DNA from: Stegostoma tigrinum
Lineage: Eukaryota
DNA: 64,000 nucleotides
Reading direction: 5' to 3'
Assembly: GCF_030684315.1 (NCBI RefSeq)
Contig: NC_081396.1
Location: forward strand, 124,001 to 188,000
Each line of letters opens with the position of its first letter. Within the stretch, counting starts at the first letter, position 1. Positions 1-12,799 of the stretch are shown piece after piece. Made by a program: the position numbers and the translations under genes. Under the pieces are notes generated by a model. The model searched no databases. It was given only the letters and a program-made list of their open reading frames with translations, and was not told where the DNA came from.

Positions 1-114
1 TTTGATTACAGACACAGAAATGATGGGCTGAAGGGCATGTTTCTGTGCTGCAAATAAAGAACTGTGACTCCGTCAGAACAGAACAGAATGATGCTCAGCC
101 ATTTTATTTTCTTT

Positions 115-1145
115 ATGCAATCATGAAGCCTGGGTGTTGCTGGCTGAGCCCAGTATTTATCACCCCGGCCCTGGTTGTCACCTTGAGAAGGTAGGGGTGA
201 GCTTCCTTCTTGAACCGCTGCAGCCCACGTGCTGGAGGGTAGACCCACATGTCCATTAGGGAGGAAATTCCAGGGGTTCGGACCCAGCCGCACTGAAGGA
301 ATGGCCGATATTTTTCCAAGTTGGGATGGAGAGTTGCTCGGAGGGGGATCATGCAGGGCTCTGGTGCTCCCATGTATGGGCTGCCCCTGTCCTTCTAGGT
401 GGAAGTGGTTGTGGATTTAGAAGGTACAGTGTAAACAGCCTTGGTAGTTTTCTGCAGTGCATCTTGTAGATGGAGCAAACTGCTGCAACTGAGCGTCGGT
501 GGTGGAAAGAGTAGATGTTGGTGGATGTGGTGCCGGGGGCTGTTTTGTCCTGCATAGAGTCGAACTTATTGACTGTTTTTGGAGCTGCACCCATCCAGGA
601 CAAGTGGGGAATATTGCCACACCCTCCTGACTTGTGCTGTGTTGATGGTGGACAGGCTCTGGGGAGTCAGGATGTGATGACCTGTTGCAGTCCTCTTGAC
701 TTTCTGGTCAAAGGTAATCCCCAGGATCTTGACGGTGGGGGAGTGAGTGATGGTGATGCAATTGAATGTCAAGGGGCAGAGGTTAGATCGCCTTTTATCA
801 GAGGCTTTCATTGTCTGACATTTGTGAATGTTACTTGCTATTTCTTCCCCCGAGCCTGCACATTGACCAGATCTTGTTGCATTCGAACACAGGCTGCTTC
901 AGCACCTGGGGAGTTGTGAATGGAGCTGAACATTGTGCAATCATTGGCAAACATCCCAACTTCTGGCCTCATGATGGCGGGAAGTCATTAATGAGATGAC
1001 TGGCCTCCAACAACCACGACCATCTTCCTATCTGTCAAGTCTGATTCCAACCAGTGGAGAATTTGCTGCCTGATTCCAGTTTTGCTCAGGCTCCTTGATG
1101 CCACACACAGTCAAATACAGTCTTGATGTCAAGCGCTGTCACTCT
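115..1145 (-). mobile_element. Decayed 3' portion of CR1/L2-clade LINE (family B)
   Basis: Minus-strand remnants such as ILGITFDQK and CSIYKMHC match the copies at 37090-39000 and 47050-48540; ends in the shared gataaatactggg-type tail; many stops/frameshifts. Confidence 0.75.
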
Positions 1146-2049
1146 GAGTTTTGCAAAAAGTCAAGATTTGTTGTTTGTTAAAGAGACCTGATGGCAGTTT
1201 ATTTATTGCAAAACAGATAATCCACACACATAATAGGTCATATCATGAACACAGAACAAAGACTGCAGATAGAGCAGTGACAGAAGTGGAGAATGACAAT
1301 GTCATGTTACATGGGGCCTTTAATGTAAAGAAACATCCCAGGGAGACATATGGCCAGATCACCAGTGCCTTGCTGAAACAGTCTTGTTTGAGCCCGAGAG
1401 ATGGATTTTAACAAGGGCAGAGGGGGAGGTAACACCAGAGTTTAGGCCTCTTGTGTAGTTGAAGGCATGGCCACTTATGGAAGAGTGATCAGGAATCAGT
1501 GGATGTTCACACTGGGTGGAATTAGAATCATAGAGCTATACAGCACGGAAACAGGCCCTTCAGCCCAACTCATCAATGCTGACTAGGTTTCCAAAACTGA
1601 ACAAGAATTAGGAAGAGCGCAGAGATCATAGAGGGTGATAGCAGATCACAAATGGAATGACTTCAAACTTGAAATGTCACTGGGCTGGAAGCCAATATAA
1701 GTCAGTGAGCTCCAGCTGTCTTGGGGAAGGTGATAGGGGAACAGAACCCACTTTGGATGACCTCAGATTTAGGGAGGTTGGGATGTAGAAGATCAGCTGG
1801 CAGCGATTGGAAGTTAGGCTGGTGGGAATGACAGTGTCATTGAGGAAAGCAACACCAGTGGGTAGCCAGGAGGGATTAACCTACCACCTGTTGACTCCTT
1901 TGGTAGCTTCTCTACGACCAACCCTCTCCCTTGAAGCCACCCCCAAATGGGTCCCACCAGATTATTAGGGTCATTCCTAACAGCACCTGAACCTCTCTTC
2001 TGAGCCGTTCACAAGCATCATACTGGTCTGACACTGAGACAATGCCTTC

Positions 2050-2300
2050 TTTGGTTGTATTTTCTACGAAAATAGATAATGCAGGAGAGTCCCAGCAGGA
2101 CTAGCAGCATCTACGGAAAGGAAAACGTAGGGTTGTTCTTTTGAGTTCAGCATGACTACTCTTTGGGAAGCGAAGAAGTTCCGGAGTTCTGTGGAGGAGT
2201 CATACCAGACTTGAAGTGTTAACTCTGTTCCTGTCTCTAGCTGGGTTCTGCTGGACCCGTTGAGTTTCTCCAGCACATTTCCGATCTGCTTTCCAGTTCA
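2050..2300. mobile_element. Degenerate Penelope-derived non-autonomous element with inverted arms
   Basis: Arm gcaggagagtcccagcaggactagcagcatct roughly mirrored by gctggacccgttgagtttctccagca; decayed ctgNNga...gaaacgtt core. Confidence 0.45.
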
Positions 2301-2359
2301 GTTGTTCCTACCAAAACAACACAACAGAATGGGAAGTTCTGGTGGGCACACTATAGGAG

Positions 2360-2775
2360 GCTCTGGAGAGGGTCCAAAAGAGGTTTATCAGGATGTTGCC
2401 GGGATTGGAGTGCATTAGCTACAACAACAGTTTCGACACTGAAGTGCAAACCTCACAGAAGTGTATACAGTTATGAGAGGGATGGATAGGGTGGATTGTT
2501 TCGAGGTGAGAGACGGAAAATTTAAAAGAGAACTGTGAGCAGTCTTTTTTTAAAACAAAGGCAGTGGTTAAGTGCCTGGGATGCACTGTCAAATAAGGTG
2601 GCAGAAGCACACGCGACAGCAAAGTTTAAGAGGCATTTTCACAGAAAATGTGAACAGGCAAAGAACAGAGGAATATGGACCATGTGTAGGCAGATGGGAT
2701 TACTTTTGAATAGCTTTACTGACAGCACAGACATGGTCGGCAAAAAGGCCTGTTCCTGTGCTGTACTGTTCTAGG
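2360..2775 (+). mobile_element. CR1 LINE 3' fragment
   Basis: ctggagagggtccaaaagaggtttatcaggatgttgccggg and the ggcctgttcctgtgctgtactgttcta CR1 tail. Confidence 0.75.
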
Positions 2776-3052
2776 GCCATGACCCAATCCAGGCACTTTT
2801 CAGGTCCTACCTGGAGATTTGCACTCTACACTTTCACACCAGCCTAGTCTTGTGCCTGTAAAATCCCAGCCACACTTCTCCTGGCACAGTCGCTGCCACC
2901 AGCAATCAGGAACTTTCCTTGTCCTTTGTCTGAGGCCGTTGGATGCTTTGCAGATTGGGTGTTCAGTAGCAAACATTGGCAAAAGCATGCAATGCAGGAT
3001 CGACAAGCTCCTAACAGTAAAGGTGCATTGTGATAGAATGACACCAGATTTC

Positions 3053-3635
3053 CCTCAGCACTGACCCTCCGACAGTGCATTGCTCCCTCGGAGCTGACCC
3101 TCCGACAGTGCATTGCTCCCTCAGCACTGACCCTCTGACAGTGCATTGCTCCCTCAGCGCTGACCCTCTGACAGTGCATTGCTCCCCCAGCGCTGACCCT
3201 CCAACAGTGCATTGCTCCCTCAGCGCTGACCCTCTGACAGTGCATTGCTCCCCCAGTGCAGACCCTCCAACAGTGCATTGCTCCCTCAGCGCTGACCCTC
3301 TGACAGTGCATTGCTCCCTCAGTGCAGACCCTCCAACAGTGCATTGCTCCCTCGGTGCTGACCCTCCGACAGTACATTGCTCCCACAGCGCAGACCCTCC
3401 AACAGTGCATTGCTCCCTCAGCGCTGACCCTCTGACAGTGCATTGCTCCCTCAGCGCAGACCCTCCAACAGTGCATTGCTCCCTCGGTGCTGACCCTCCG
3501 ACAGTGCATTGCTCCATCGGCACGGACCCTCCGACAGTGCATTGCTCCCCCGGCGCTGACCCTCCGACAGTGCATTGCTCCCCCAGCGCAGACCCTCCGA
3601 CAGTGCATTGCTCCCTCAGCGCTGACCCTCTGACC
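3053..3635. repeat. 33-bp minisatellite (about 17 copies)
   Basis: Unit ctgaccctcYRacagtgcattgctccctcagcg; 11-aa periodicity in three ORF-track frames. Confidence 0.95.
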
Positions 3636-4504
3636 GTGTGGTTTTCTGATTAAGGTGAAATGTGGACTCTAATGTCAGTCTCTGCAACGGTACAATTAAC
3701 ACAACAGCCTAACCGGCACACCCGTGCCCTCCTGGGAAGGAATTCTGCCGGACCTAACTGTGCCTGGCCTACATATGTGATTCAGACCCACAGCGAAGGT
3801 GGTTGCCCCTTAACTGTGGGCCTGGTGAGCCAATTGGTTGCTGGGGTGGGGGGGGGGGGGTGTGGTTTGGTAGTAGGCAGAAGCCTTGCCTTGCAACATA
3901 CACTTTTCTCAACTGAATAACAAAAATACTTGACAAAATGCAGCAGAGGAACTTTTGCATACCTAAAACAGACAGACGTCACAGATACTGACGGGCAGTG
4001 GCACATTGTAGAATTTACCCAGGGCTAGCTATCCTGGGGCCTAAACTGAGTCTTCCGTCAGAGCTTTGTTGACATCACAGTTAGACATCAATGTTTGACC
4101 GAGCATTTTACTTGTTTGTAAATCACAGTTGGGGTTTAATGGTGTGAGAGTGAACAGAGGAAATCTTTTTGTTTTAACCTCACTGATGCTGAAGTGTAGA
4201 TACTGACTGCAAGATATATTACTAACATTCAGCTAATTTATTCCAGACCAGCTGGCAGAGGGGGTCTCTCAGTTTGAATTTTCATCCGTAAGAAGGCAAA
4301 TGACAATGTTGACTCCACGTCAAGGCAATCTGAGTTAACTGTGATTATATATGTACATTATATATAGAGACAGTGCTGTGTGCAGTACCTGTGGCAAGGT
4401 GGCAGCACCTGTGGCAAGGTGGCAGCCTGTCAGATTGGAGAGAGAAAGAGCAGGGAAAGCTAATGCTGGAACTGGATTGAAAATAAAAACAATCAGGGAA
4501 CGTG

Positions 4505-4832
4505 GTTGTCACTGGTTAGGCCAGCATTTACTGTTCATCCCTAATTGCCCAGGGGGCAATTAAGGGATGTCCACATTCCCGTGAGTCTGGTGTCATGTGT
4601 AGGCCAGGCTAGACCATGTAAAGATACAATTCCCAAAAGGACATTGAATGAACTGGATGGGTTTTTCCAACAACCGATTCATAGTCATCATTGGCCGTGC
4701 GTTTCCATTTCTTTTTACTGAATTCCAATTCCCTCATCAGCCGTGGCAAAATTTGAACCCAGGTCCCCTAGAGCATCACCTGAGTATCTGGGTTAACACT
4801 CCAGCAACAATACCACTAAGCTATCGCCTCCC
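4505..4832 (-). mobile_element. tRNA-derived SINE, same family as 7953-8300
   Basis: Reverse complement begins ggaggcgatagcttagtggt...gggttcaaat and ends in the gtaaatgctggcc tail. Confidence 0.8.
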
Positions 4833-5559
4833 CAGTTATTAAGGGACTCAAAGTTCGGAGGGGCACAGACAGGGTAGTTTACTTTTGTTAAATTCATTTG
4901 TGGGATGTGGGGGCCACTGGCTGGCCAGCATTTATCATCCATCCCGAATTGCCCTTGAGAAGGTGGTGATGAGCTGCTTTCTTGAACCGCTGCAGTCCAC
5001 CTGAGTGCATTGACCGATAATGCCATTAGAGAGGGAATGCCAGGATTTTGACCTGGCGACAGTGAAGGAACGGTGGTATATTTCCAAGTCAGTAAGTGGA
5101 GTGGCTTGGATGGGAACCTGAAGGTGGTGGTATTCCCATGTATCTGCTGGCCTGGATGGGGTGAGGGCTGGAGGTTGAGGGCTACATCTAAGTGGCTCAG
5201 TTTAGGGTAAAGGCCATTCGGCATTGAGTTGAGGAGGAATTTCTTCATACAGAGAGTGGGGAATCTCTGGAAGTCTGTGCCACAGACAGCTGTGAAGCTC
5301 AGTCACTGGGTGCATTCAAGAATGGTTGAACCCCAGACATTAAAAGCAGTGATGGACACGAGATAGCCTGGGAACTCATCCTCAACGGGATTGTGGGCTT
5401 GGCTATGGCAACAAGACAGCTTCAAAAAGGGAAGGAAAATACACTCTGGGCCAGCCAGCAGAACCCACATCCTGTGATTGCACCAACAAAAAACGAAAAT
5501 GTTACTGAAGTGAATCAGCCATGTTCTCATTAGATGGCAGGACACATCCTGTTCCTAAT

Positions 5560-6110
5560 TATTACCATAAGAATCAGGAACAGGATGAGGCAGTTCGGCC
5601 CCTTGAGCCTGTTCCACAGTTCAATAGGGCCATGGCTGATCTGAAACTCTCATGTCCACTTTCCTGCATTTTCTCTTTATCCTGCAATTCCCCAACTGAT
5701 CAAGAATCTATTGATCTCAGCTTTAAATATCCACTAGGTTACTGTTCCCTTACCGCACAACTCATCTCAAGATGATGCCCCTAAATTCTGGGACTATTTC
5801 CTCTCTTCCTACACTCTCCCATGAGGGAACATCCTCTCTGAATTTACCCTGTCATGCCCCTTAAGACCCAAAGTTTCAATGAGATCACCTCTCATTCTTC
5901 CAACAGGTCCCAATCTGCTTAATCTGTGCTCAGAAGACAATCTCTCTAGGCCAGGGATCAGCCTCAAGAACATTGACTGAATTGCCTCCAATAAAATTAG
6001 ATCTTTGCTCTTAAATAAGGGGTCAAAACTGCTCACATTACTCCAAATGTGGGCTCACCAGCACCTTGTATATTAGCAATGAATCTTCTGACTCTTACAC
6101 TGCAACCCAG
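5560..6110 (-). mobile_element. CR1 LINE 3' fragment
   Basis: Minus ORF remnant KDLILLEAIQSMFLRLIPGLERLS...MRGDLIET. Confidence 0.75.
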
Positions 6111-6114
6111 TAAC

Positions 6115-7305
6115 GTGCTGGAGATTTTTGGGTAAATAACAAAGAGGATTGATGAGGGCAGAGCAGCAGAAATGATCTATATGGACTTCAGTAAGGCATT
6201 CGATAAGCTTCTGCATCGTAGACTGGTTAGCGAGGTTAGATCTCGCTGAATACAGGGAGAAGTAGCTATTTCGATACAGAACTGGCTCAAAGGTAGAAGA
6301 TGGAGGGTGCAGTGGAGGGCTGCTTTCCAGACTAGAAGCTCGTGACCAGAGGTGTACCGCAAATATCGGTGCTGGGTCCCATTGCTTTTTGTCATTTAAT
6401 TACTTAGATGTGACCGTAGGAGATATGGTTACTTCGTTTGCAGACGACACTAGTATTGGAGATGTAGTGGACAGCGAAGAAAGTTGACTCAGAATACAAT
6501 GAGATCTTGATCAGATGAGCTACCAGGCTTAGAAGTGGCAGATGGAGTTTAATTTAGATAAATGTGGGGTGCTACATTTTGGGAAAGGCAAACCAGGGGC
6601 ATGACTTATACACTGAATGGTAAGGTCCTGGGGAGTGTTTCCGAACAAAGAGGCCTTAGAGTGAGCTTCATAGTTCATTCAAAGGTGAATAGGACAGTGA
6701 AGGAGGGGTTCGGTTTGCTGGCCTTTATGGGTCAGTTCATTGAGTACAGGGAGCTGGGAGGGTCATGTTGTGGCTGTACAGGGACATTGGTTAGGGCCAC
6801 TTTGGGAATACTGCATTCAATCCCGGTCTCCCTGCTACAGGAAGGATGTTGTGAAATTTGAAAGGACCCAGGAAAGGTTTACAAGGATGTTGGAGGGTTT
6901 GAGCGATAGGGAGAGACTGGGTATATTTTCCCAAAACCGTCAGAGGGTTTATAAAATCATGAGGGGCATGGAAAGGGGAAATAAGCAAAGCCTTGTCCCC
7001 AGGGTGGGAGAATCCAAAACCAGAGGGCATAGATCTAAGATGAGATGGGAAAGATATAAAAGTGGCTTAAGGGGAAATGTTTTCGTGCAGAGGATGGTGT
7101 GTGTGTGGAACAATCTGCCAGAGGAAGTGGTGGAGGCTGGGACAACATTTAAAAGGCAGATGGATGGGTACATGGATAGGAACGGTTTTGAAGGATATGG
7201 GCCAAATGCTGGCAAGTGGGACTAGATTTATATAGGATATCTAGTTAGCAAGGGCGACTTGGACCTAAGGATCTGTTTCCATGCTGTATACCTCTATGAC
7301 ACTAT
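6115..7305 (+). mobile_element. CR1 LINE RT C-terminal half and 3' tail, frameshifted
   Basis: IYMDFSKAFDK, FADDT, YRKDVVKFERTQERFTRML, VWNNLPEEVVEAG motifs; tail ctgtttccatgctgtatacctctatgac. Confidence 0.9.
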
Positions 7306-7439
7306 AAATGAGGGAAATATTCCATAAGCCTTCCTGGTTACCTGCTGCATCCAGTCTGCTAGTTTTCTGGGCTTCATGTACAAGTCACCCATGCCATTTC
7401 CAAATCTCTTGTGTTCATCTTTCATAAGTTCCTATCTAC

Positions 7440-7803
7440 CTTAACAGTGCAACATTCCCTCAATACAAGCCCTGCGATAGTGCAATGCTCCCTCAGCACT
7501 GACCCTCCGACAGTCCCTGCTCCCACAGCGCTGATCCTCCAACAGTGCAGCACTCCCTCAGCACAGACCCTCCGACAGTGCGGTGCTGCCTCAACACTGA
7601 CCCTCCAACAGTGCGGTGCTCCCTCAGCGCTAACCCTCCGACAGTATAGCGCTCCCTCAGGACTGACCCTCCGACAGTGCGGTGCTCCCTCTAAAACACG
7701 CTGCTGTGTCAGCCCACAGTTTTTAATTGCTGCTGGAGTGGGATCTAAAACAGGCTACACTGTCGCACTGGGCTGCAAGTGATGGCAACTGAGGCACACC
7801 TGA
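7440..7803 (-). mobile_element. SacSINE1/Deu-SINE-like remnant with internally amplified 33-bp unit
   Basis: About 7 degenerate ctgaccctccgacagtgcggtgctccctcag units followed by the reverse complement of a tRNA-like head (tgtcagcc...ctggagtgggatctaaa...caactgaggcacacctga); family assignment from recollection. Confidence 0.6.
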
Positions 7804-7952
7804 AGCTGGGAATGATGAGCCTGGAAAGTTGAGCTCAAATCCACCTGGAATGGTGGGCAATGTAGATGCAGTTCAGTAACTGAGAACTAAAATGGATTTA
7901 ATCATATTTAAAAAATATTGGCCAAAGTGATGATGGCTGTGAGGTTTCCTGG

Positions 7953-8300
7953 AGGAGGCGATGGCCTAGTGGCATTATTGCTGGACTGTTAATCCAGCAG
8001 CCAGACAATATTCTGGGATCCAGGTTCGAATCCTGTCACGGCAGATGGTAGAATTTGAATTCAATAAATATCTGGAATTAAAAATCCAATGATGACCATG
8101 AATCCATTGTCAATTGTCAGGAAAACCCGTCTGGTTCACTAATATCCTTTAGGGAAGGAAACTGCCATCCTTACCTGGTCTGGCCTACATGTGACTCCAG
8201 ACCCACAGCAACGTGGCTGACTCTTAGCTGCTCTCTGGGCAATTAGGGATGGACAATAAATGCTGCCTAACAAGCAACACCCTCATCCAATCAATGAGTA
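7953..8300 (+). mobile_element. Near full-length tRNA-derived SINE with LINE-type 3' tail
   Basis: Pol III A box TGGCCTAGTGG 7962-7972, B box GGTTCGAATCC 8023-8033; tail ggacaataaatgctgcc shared with family B LINE; further copies in window. Confidence 0.85.
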
Positions 8301-9364
8301 AAGGGGAAAACAAGCCACAGAACGGCCTGACACGTTAACATACACAAGCAAACCTGCTGTCCTTACCCTTTACGGGAACTCTGGAGCCACATTGATGGGG
8401 TGAATGCTGAACTGCCCTCTGAAATGGCTGAGTGTGACTCCCAATTCGGGGGAGCAAATGTGGGCAGGCAACCATTGCTGAACACATCCAAGTGAGGTTC
8501 AGCATTAGGCCACTCGAGACTTCCCCCGCCATTCCGAGGAGGGGTGGCTGATCTGACTGAGGTCATGGCTCCAGTTTTCTGTTACACCCCTCCCCAAAAC
8601 TCCGTCTTTTTTCAAGGACGCACCCAGGCGAGGGATATTAAAGACGGATAGACGGACACACATACACACAGATATACAATATCGCTTCTGCTAATGCTTC
8701 CTTCATACAGATTGATTAGACAAGTTCAGTGTGTCTATTTTGTTCTCTCCTACTCTGACAAGTGTATCAAGTGCAGAAAAAGGCCATTCAATCCATCTGT
8801 CCTGTACCTGGTGCACCTGCACCACACGGGCCTCCTCCCACCCGATCCCTCCATCTACCCCCCAGTCCCTCATGTGTTCATCCAGCTTCTCCCTTCAGAA
8901 CTTTGTTAGTTTTCACTTTGACCACTCCCTGCCAGGGCGAGGCGCACAATGTCACCCCTCTCGAGGTGAGGGCACCTCTCTCTGGAATTTCCGGCCGGTT
9001 TCACTTGGCCCCCACCACTATCCTGGCCCTTCTGAGCACCGGTGGGACAGAAACACCGTCTCCTCAACTCTCGAGTCTAGAGTTGTTTGAAGGTCTCCAA
9101 GTCGTCCCTTGCCTGGGAATAACATCACTTCGAAACACCCCGCCCCCAACCCTCTGCCGTTTTAAACGTGTGAAGTGCGAGGCAGACCCTGCGGACGCTG
9201 GAAGTTAGAAACGAGAACAGAAAAGTGATGGGGGGACTCGGCAGCATCTGCGCGCAGAGAGACAGAAACAGAGACAACCTCTCAAGTCCAGCGCCGCTCT
9301 CCTTCAGAAGTGAGGGGTGCTGAGCTGGAGCCTCCATAGGTTCCTAACAGTCCGCACTTCTGGG

Positions 9365-10120
9365 CAAGACTCAAACTGGACACAGGATGCTAACGAAAAT
9401 CATCCAAAGTGGGAAAGGCTTCAGAAATCTGAAGCACAAAGGGACTCGGGAGCCCTGGCTGGCCCAGGTTTCTCTGAAGGTTAAGATGCAGGTTAGGAAG
9501 GCAAATGGAATGTTAGCATTCATTTCAAGAGGGGCTGGAATATAACAGTGGAGATGCACTGCTGAGGCTGTGTAAGGCCCTGGTCAGGCCCCATTTCGAA
9601 TACCGTGAGCAGTTTTGGGCCCCGTATCGAAGGACAGATTGTGCTGTCCTTGGGGGGGGTCCAAGGAAGACACGAGAATGATCCCAGGGATTAATCGCTT
9701 GTCATATGAGGAGCGGTTAAGGACTCTTGATAGAGTTTAGAAGGATGGGGGGGGGGGGGTGTACGATCTGATTGAAACTTACAGAACACCGAGAGGCCTG
9801 AGTAGAGTGGATGTGGAGAAGATGTTTCAACCAGTAGGAGGGACTAGGACCCGAGGGCACAGCCTCAGAGTGAAGGGCCGAACCTTGGAGTAATTTGTTC
9901 AGCCCGAGAGTGGGGAATGTGTGAGACTTATTGCTGCCGAGGGCTGTGGAGGCCCAGTCACTGAGTGTCTTTAAGTCAGAATTAGACAGGGTCATGATTT
10001 GCAAAGGGGGTCAAGGGTTATGGACAGAAGGCAGGACAATGATAGTTGAGAAACGTACCATGAACGAATTGTGCAGCAATGAGCTGCATGACCTAATTTT
10101 GCTTCTGTATCTAATGGTCT
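9365..10120 (+). mobile_element. CR1 LINE 3' fragment
   Basis: ggaaggcaaatggaatgttagcattcatt, ctggtcaggccccatttcgaatac, gatctgattgaaacttac and typical tail. Confidence 0.8.
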
Positions 10121-10340
10121 AACTCTGCTTTTCTCTCCTCAGGAATCGTTGATACAGCGGTTCTCTCTCCCCACTTCCCGGTCAGCCGAGTTATATCTCC
10201 ACAAATCCTCAGGTTCTATGATAGTGACGCAGGATCAATTCCCGACCACCGTCAGAGGATCAGCAGTTAAGGAATGAAAGTGCTTGGGGAAGGGGAGGGG
10301 GAAGGTGGGTTGGTTCGGGGGTGGGGGGGGTGGTTAGCAT

Positions 10341-11471
10341 TCAGGACGCTGGTTCCCCGGCCGCTTCCTTGGCAAGGTGCACCCGCTGGTGCTTGAGGCG
10401 GGCGGAGGACTGGGAGAAGCCCTTGCCGCAGACGGTGCAGGTGAAGGGCCTCTCGCCTGTGTGGCGGCGTTGGTGTATGGCAAGGGTGGAGGAGAGGGCA
10501 AAGCCGCAGCCACAGACAGGGCAGATGTAGGGCCGCTCGCCAGTATGCACCCGGTGGTGAACCAGGAGCGCCGCCTGCTGCACAAAGGCCTTGCCGCACA
10601 CAGTGCAGGAGAAGTCCCTGGCGCCGGTGTGCAGCCGGCGGTGGGCCTGCAGGTTGCCCGAGTCCACGAAGCGCTTGCCACACAGTGGGCAGGGAAAGGG
10701 GCGCTCGCCGGTGTGGGTGCGCCGGTGGGTGCGAAGGTTACAGAGCCAGCGGAAGCGTTTGCCACAGACCGGGCAGGCGAAGGGGCGCTCATCAGTGTGA
10801 ACCCGCTGGTGGGTGAGCAGCGAGGAGGACTGGGCGAAGGCTCGGCCGCACATGGCACAGATATAGGGTCGCTCGTCCGTGTGCAGGCGGCGATGAGCCA
10901 CCAGCACCGAGGACTGGGTGAAGGCCTTGCCACAGTCTGGGCAGACATAGGGCCTTTCGCCGGTGTGTACCCGCTGGTGGGCCAGCAGGGTGGAAGAGTG
11001 GGCGAAGGCTTTGCCGCATTCGGCGCAGACGTACGGCCGCTCGCCAGTGTGGCCCCGCTGGTGGACGCTGAGGCTTGATGGGTCGGTGAAGCCATTGCCG
11101 CAAATGGTGCAGGTGTAGGGTCTCTCTCCAGTGTGCACCCACTGGTGGGTCAGCAGGCCCGACATGCGGGAGAAGGCCTTGCCGCATTGGGGGCAGGAGT
11201 GGGGCTTCTCACCGCTGTGGCCCAGCATGTGAGTCTTCAGCTGTGAGGGGTATAGGAAGCCCTTACCGCACACCTCGCAGGTGCACGGCCGCTCAGCGCT
11301 GTGGCTCCGCTTGTGCCGTGACAAGTTGGATGACTGGGTGAAACCCCGGCCGCACAACTGGCAGGTGTAGGCCTTGCCCGTGCCTTCGGCACCTCCTCCT
11401 CCTCCTCCGGTGGCCATGTTGCCTCCCCCTGGCACGTCCAGCCTTCCCCCTGGCTCCTCATGCTCTGCCAT
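10341..11471 (-). CDS. C2H2 zinc-finger protein, 12 tandem fingers, 376 aa, no KRAB/SCAN/BTB (ZNF-1)
   Basis: Twelve CxxC-x12-HxxxH repeats with TGERP/TDERP linkers; strong Kozak agcATGG; upstream acceptor ttccggctttcag|G at 11528-11529. Confidence 0.95.
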   Translation of the reverse strand: MAEHEEPGGRLDVPGGGNMATGGGGGGAEGTGKAYTCQLCGRGFTQSSNLSRHKRSHSAERPCTCEVCGKGFLYPSQLKTHMLGHSGEKPHSCPQCGKAFSRMSGLLTHQWVHTGERPYTCTICGNGFTDPSSLSVHQRGHTGERPYVCAECGKAFAHSSTLLAHQRVHTGERPYVCPDCGKAFTQSSVLVAHRRLHTDERPYICAMCGRAFAQSSSLLTHQRVHTDERPFACPVCGKRFRWLCNLRTHRRTHTGERPFPCPLCGKRFVDSGNLQAHRRLHTGARDFSCTVCGKAFVQQAALLVHHRVHTGERPYICPVCGCGFALSSTLAIHQRRHTGERPFTCTVCGKGFSQSSARLKHQRVHLAKEAAGEPAS

Positions 11472-11939
11472 GCTCCGCTCCCGCTCTGGGCTCCCTGTCT
11501 GCCCCGGGCCGTTAATTGCAGGATCCCCTGAAAGCCGGAAAGCAGCACATCAGATCGGTAACAGGGTGCCATCTATGGGGTTGGGGGGGGGGGATGGCAG
11601 AGGGACAATGTGAATCGGTACCAGAAGCCCAGGGATTTACCAGAGGTTAAGTGGAGATCCTCACACAACCATCAAGGAATCTAGCAGAAACCCGAGGCCA
11701 GCCCTCGCACTGACACCACCATCTCTAAATTTTAAATGGGTTCTGGCAGTTAACTGTCGATCAGCATCAGCATGCACCCTGCGTCCACATTACCCCCACC
11801 CAAAACTAACAATGCACTCCTCTCTCACAGTGCGAAGCACTGCAGTGCCACCACGCAGCAAATACCACCTCCCTCCCGTCCCACAGACACACAAGCCTAA
11901 AGTTCCTCCACGAACTGGCCATCTGATTTTGGCAATCTT

Positions 11940-12480
11940 GCCAAAGGGTCCTGACTCGCATTCCGCGCATGCGCCACACGGCACGGCCGGCCACGCCCAT
12001 TGCCGTCGGTGCCCCAGCGCGCGCGCGCGCCAGCCGTTACCCCTCCCCCACTTCGCCCCTTAAGGGAGGCGGGTCCGCGGCGCCTCGGCGGGGAGAGAGG
12101 GAATTTGCAGAGAATTTTATTTTTATTTTCCAAAAAACAGATACCGGGCGAATTGCCGCCCGAGGCGGTAAAAGGAAGCCGTACCTGAAGCAGAGCCTGT
12201 GACAGAGAGACGGTGCCCAACGATCGGCGGCCGCGGCGGCGGGCGACACGTGACCACCCGCCCGCTGATGGACGGGCGGCCGCGGCCAATGGGGTGAGGG
12301 CGGAGTTCGGAGGACCGGTCTGGTCCTCCAACCAATCGGGCGGACACTGGCGGGGTGGGGCGATGTCTTGCCTGCCCAGCATGAGTGATCGACGGGGAGC
12401 CCAGCGAATGGGATGAGCGGGTATCGGGAGGGCCGGCCTGTTCCTCTAACCAATGGGAGACGCTCTGGAGTGGAGGGCGG
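11940..12480 (-). promoter_or_regulatory. CpG-island promoter and predicted non-coding exon 1 of ZNF-1
   Basis: NRF1 GCGCATGCGC 11965-11974; donor CAG|GTACGG at 12185/12184; E-box CACGTGAC 12247-12254; CCAAT at about 12286, 12332, 12451; GC boxes. Confidence 0.75.
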
Positions 12481-12799
12481 GACTGGCTTCCCTTTGTGAG
12501 GTCAGCTTTCAGATGTTCCCACAGTCTTCAACGTTCCGGGGAGCTGTCATGTGACTCTCCAACATGTGTGTCTCCTCCTGTGGGTTCCCTGACCCCCATA
12601 TGACACTCCCACCTATGTCTTCCCCAATGGGTGCTCCTCCCTGTCCCTATCCCCCATGTGTGTCACTTCTCCACTCTCTACCCCTTTTGTGTGTCTCTCC
12701 TCAATGTTTGTCTTTGCTCGCTCCCATTTCAGGATCCCTCTTCCCCTTTATGGCCAAAATTGGTGATTACTGCAGAGAGGCGACATTAAAACGTTTTCA

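Noticed and set aside
2844-3653. Long repetitive ORFs of 170-254 aa
   Set aside because: By-product of a 33-bp minisatellite, open in several frames on both strands
7953-8045. Possible tRNA-Asn gene
   Set aside because: Over-long A-B box spacing, no clean cloverleaf, continues into a SINE body with several copies in the window
8300-8640. Possible fifth promoter
   Set aside because: Only scattered CpGs and one or two CCAAT boxes; lacks the E-box, NRF1 site and donor seen at the other promoters
10334-11187. Overlapping and antisense ORFs across the zinc-finger exons (also at the other three genes)
   Set aside because: Expected shadows of GC-rich repetitive coding sequence
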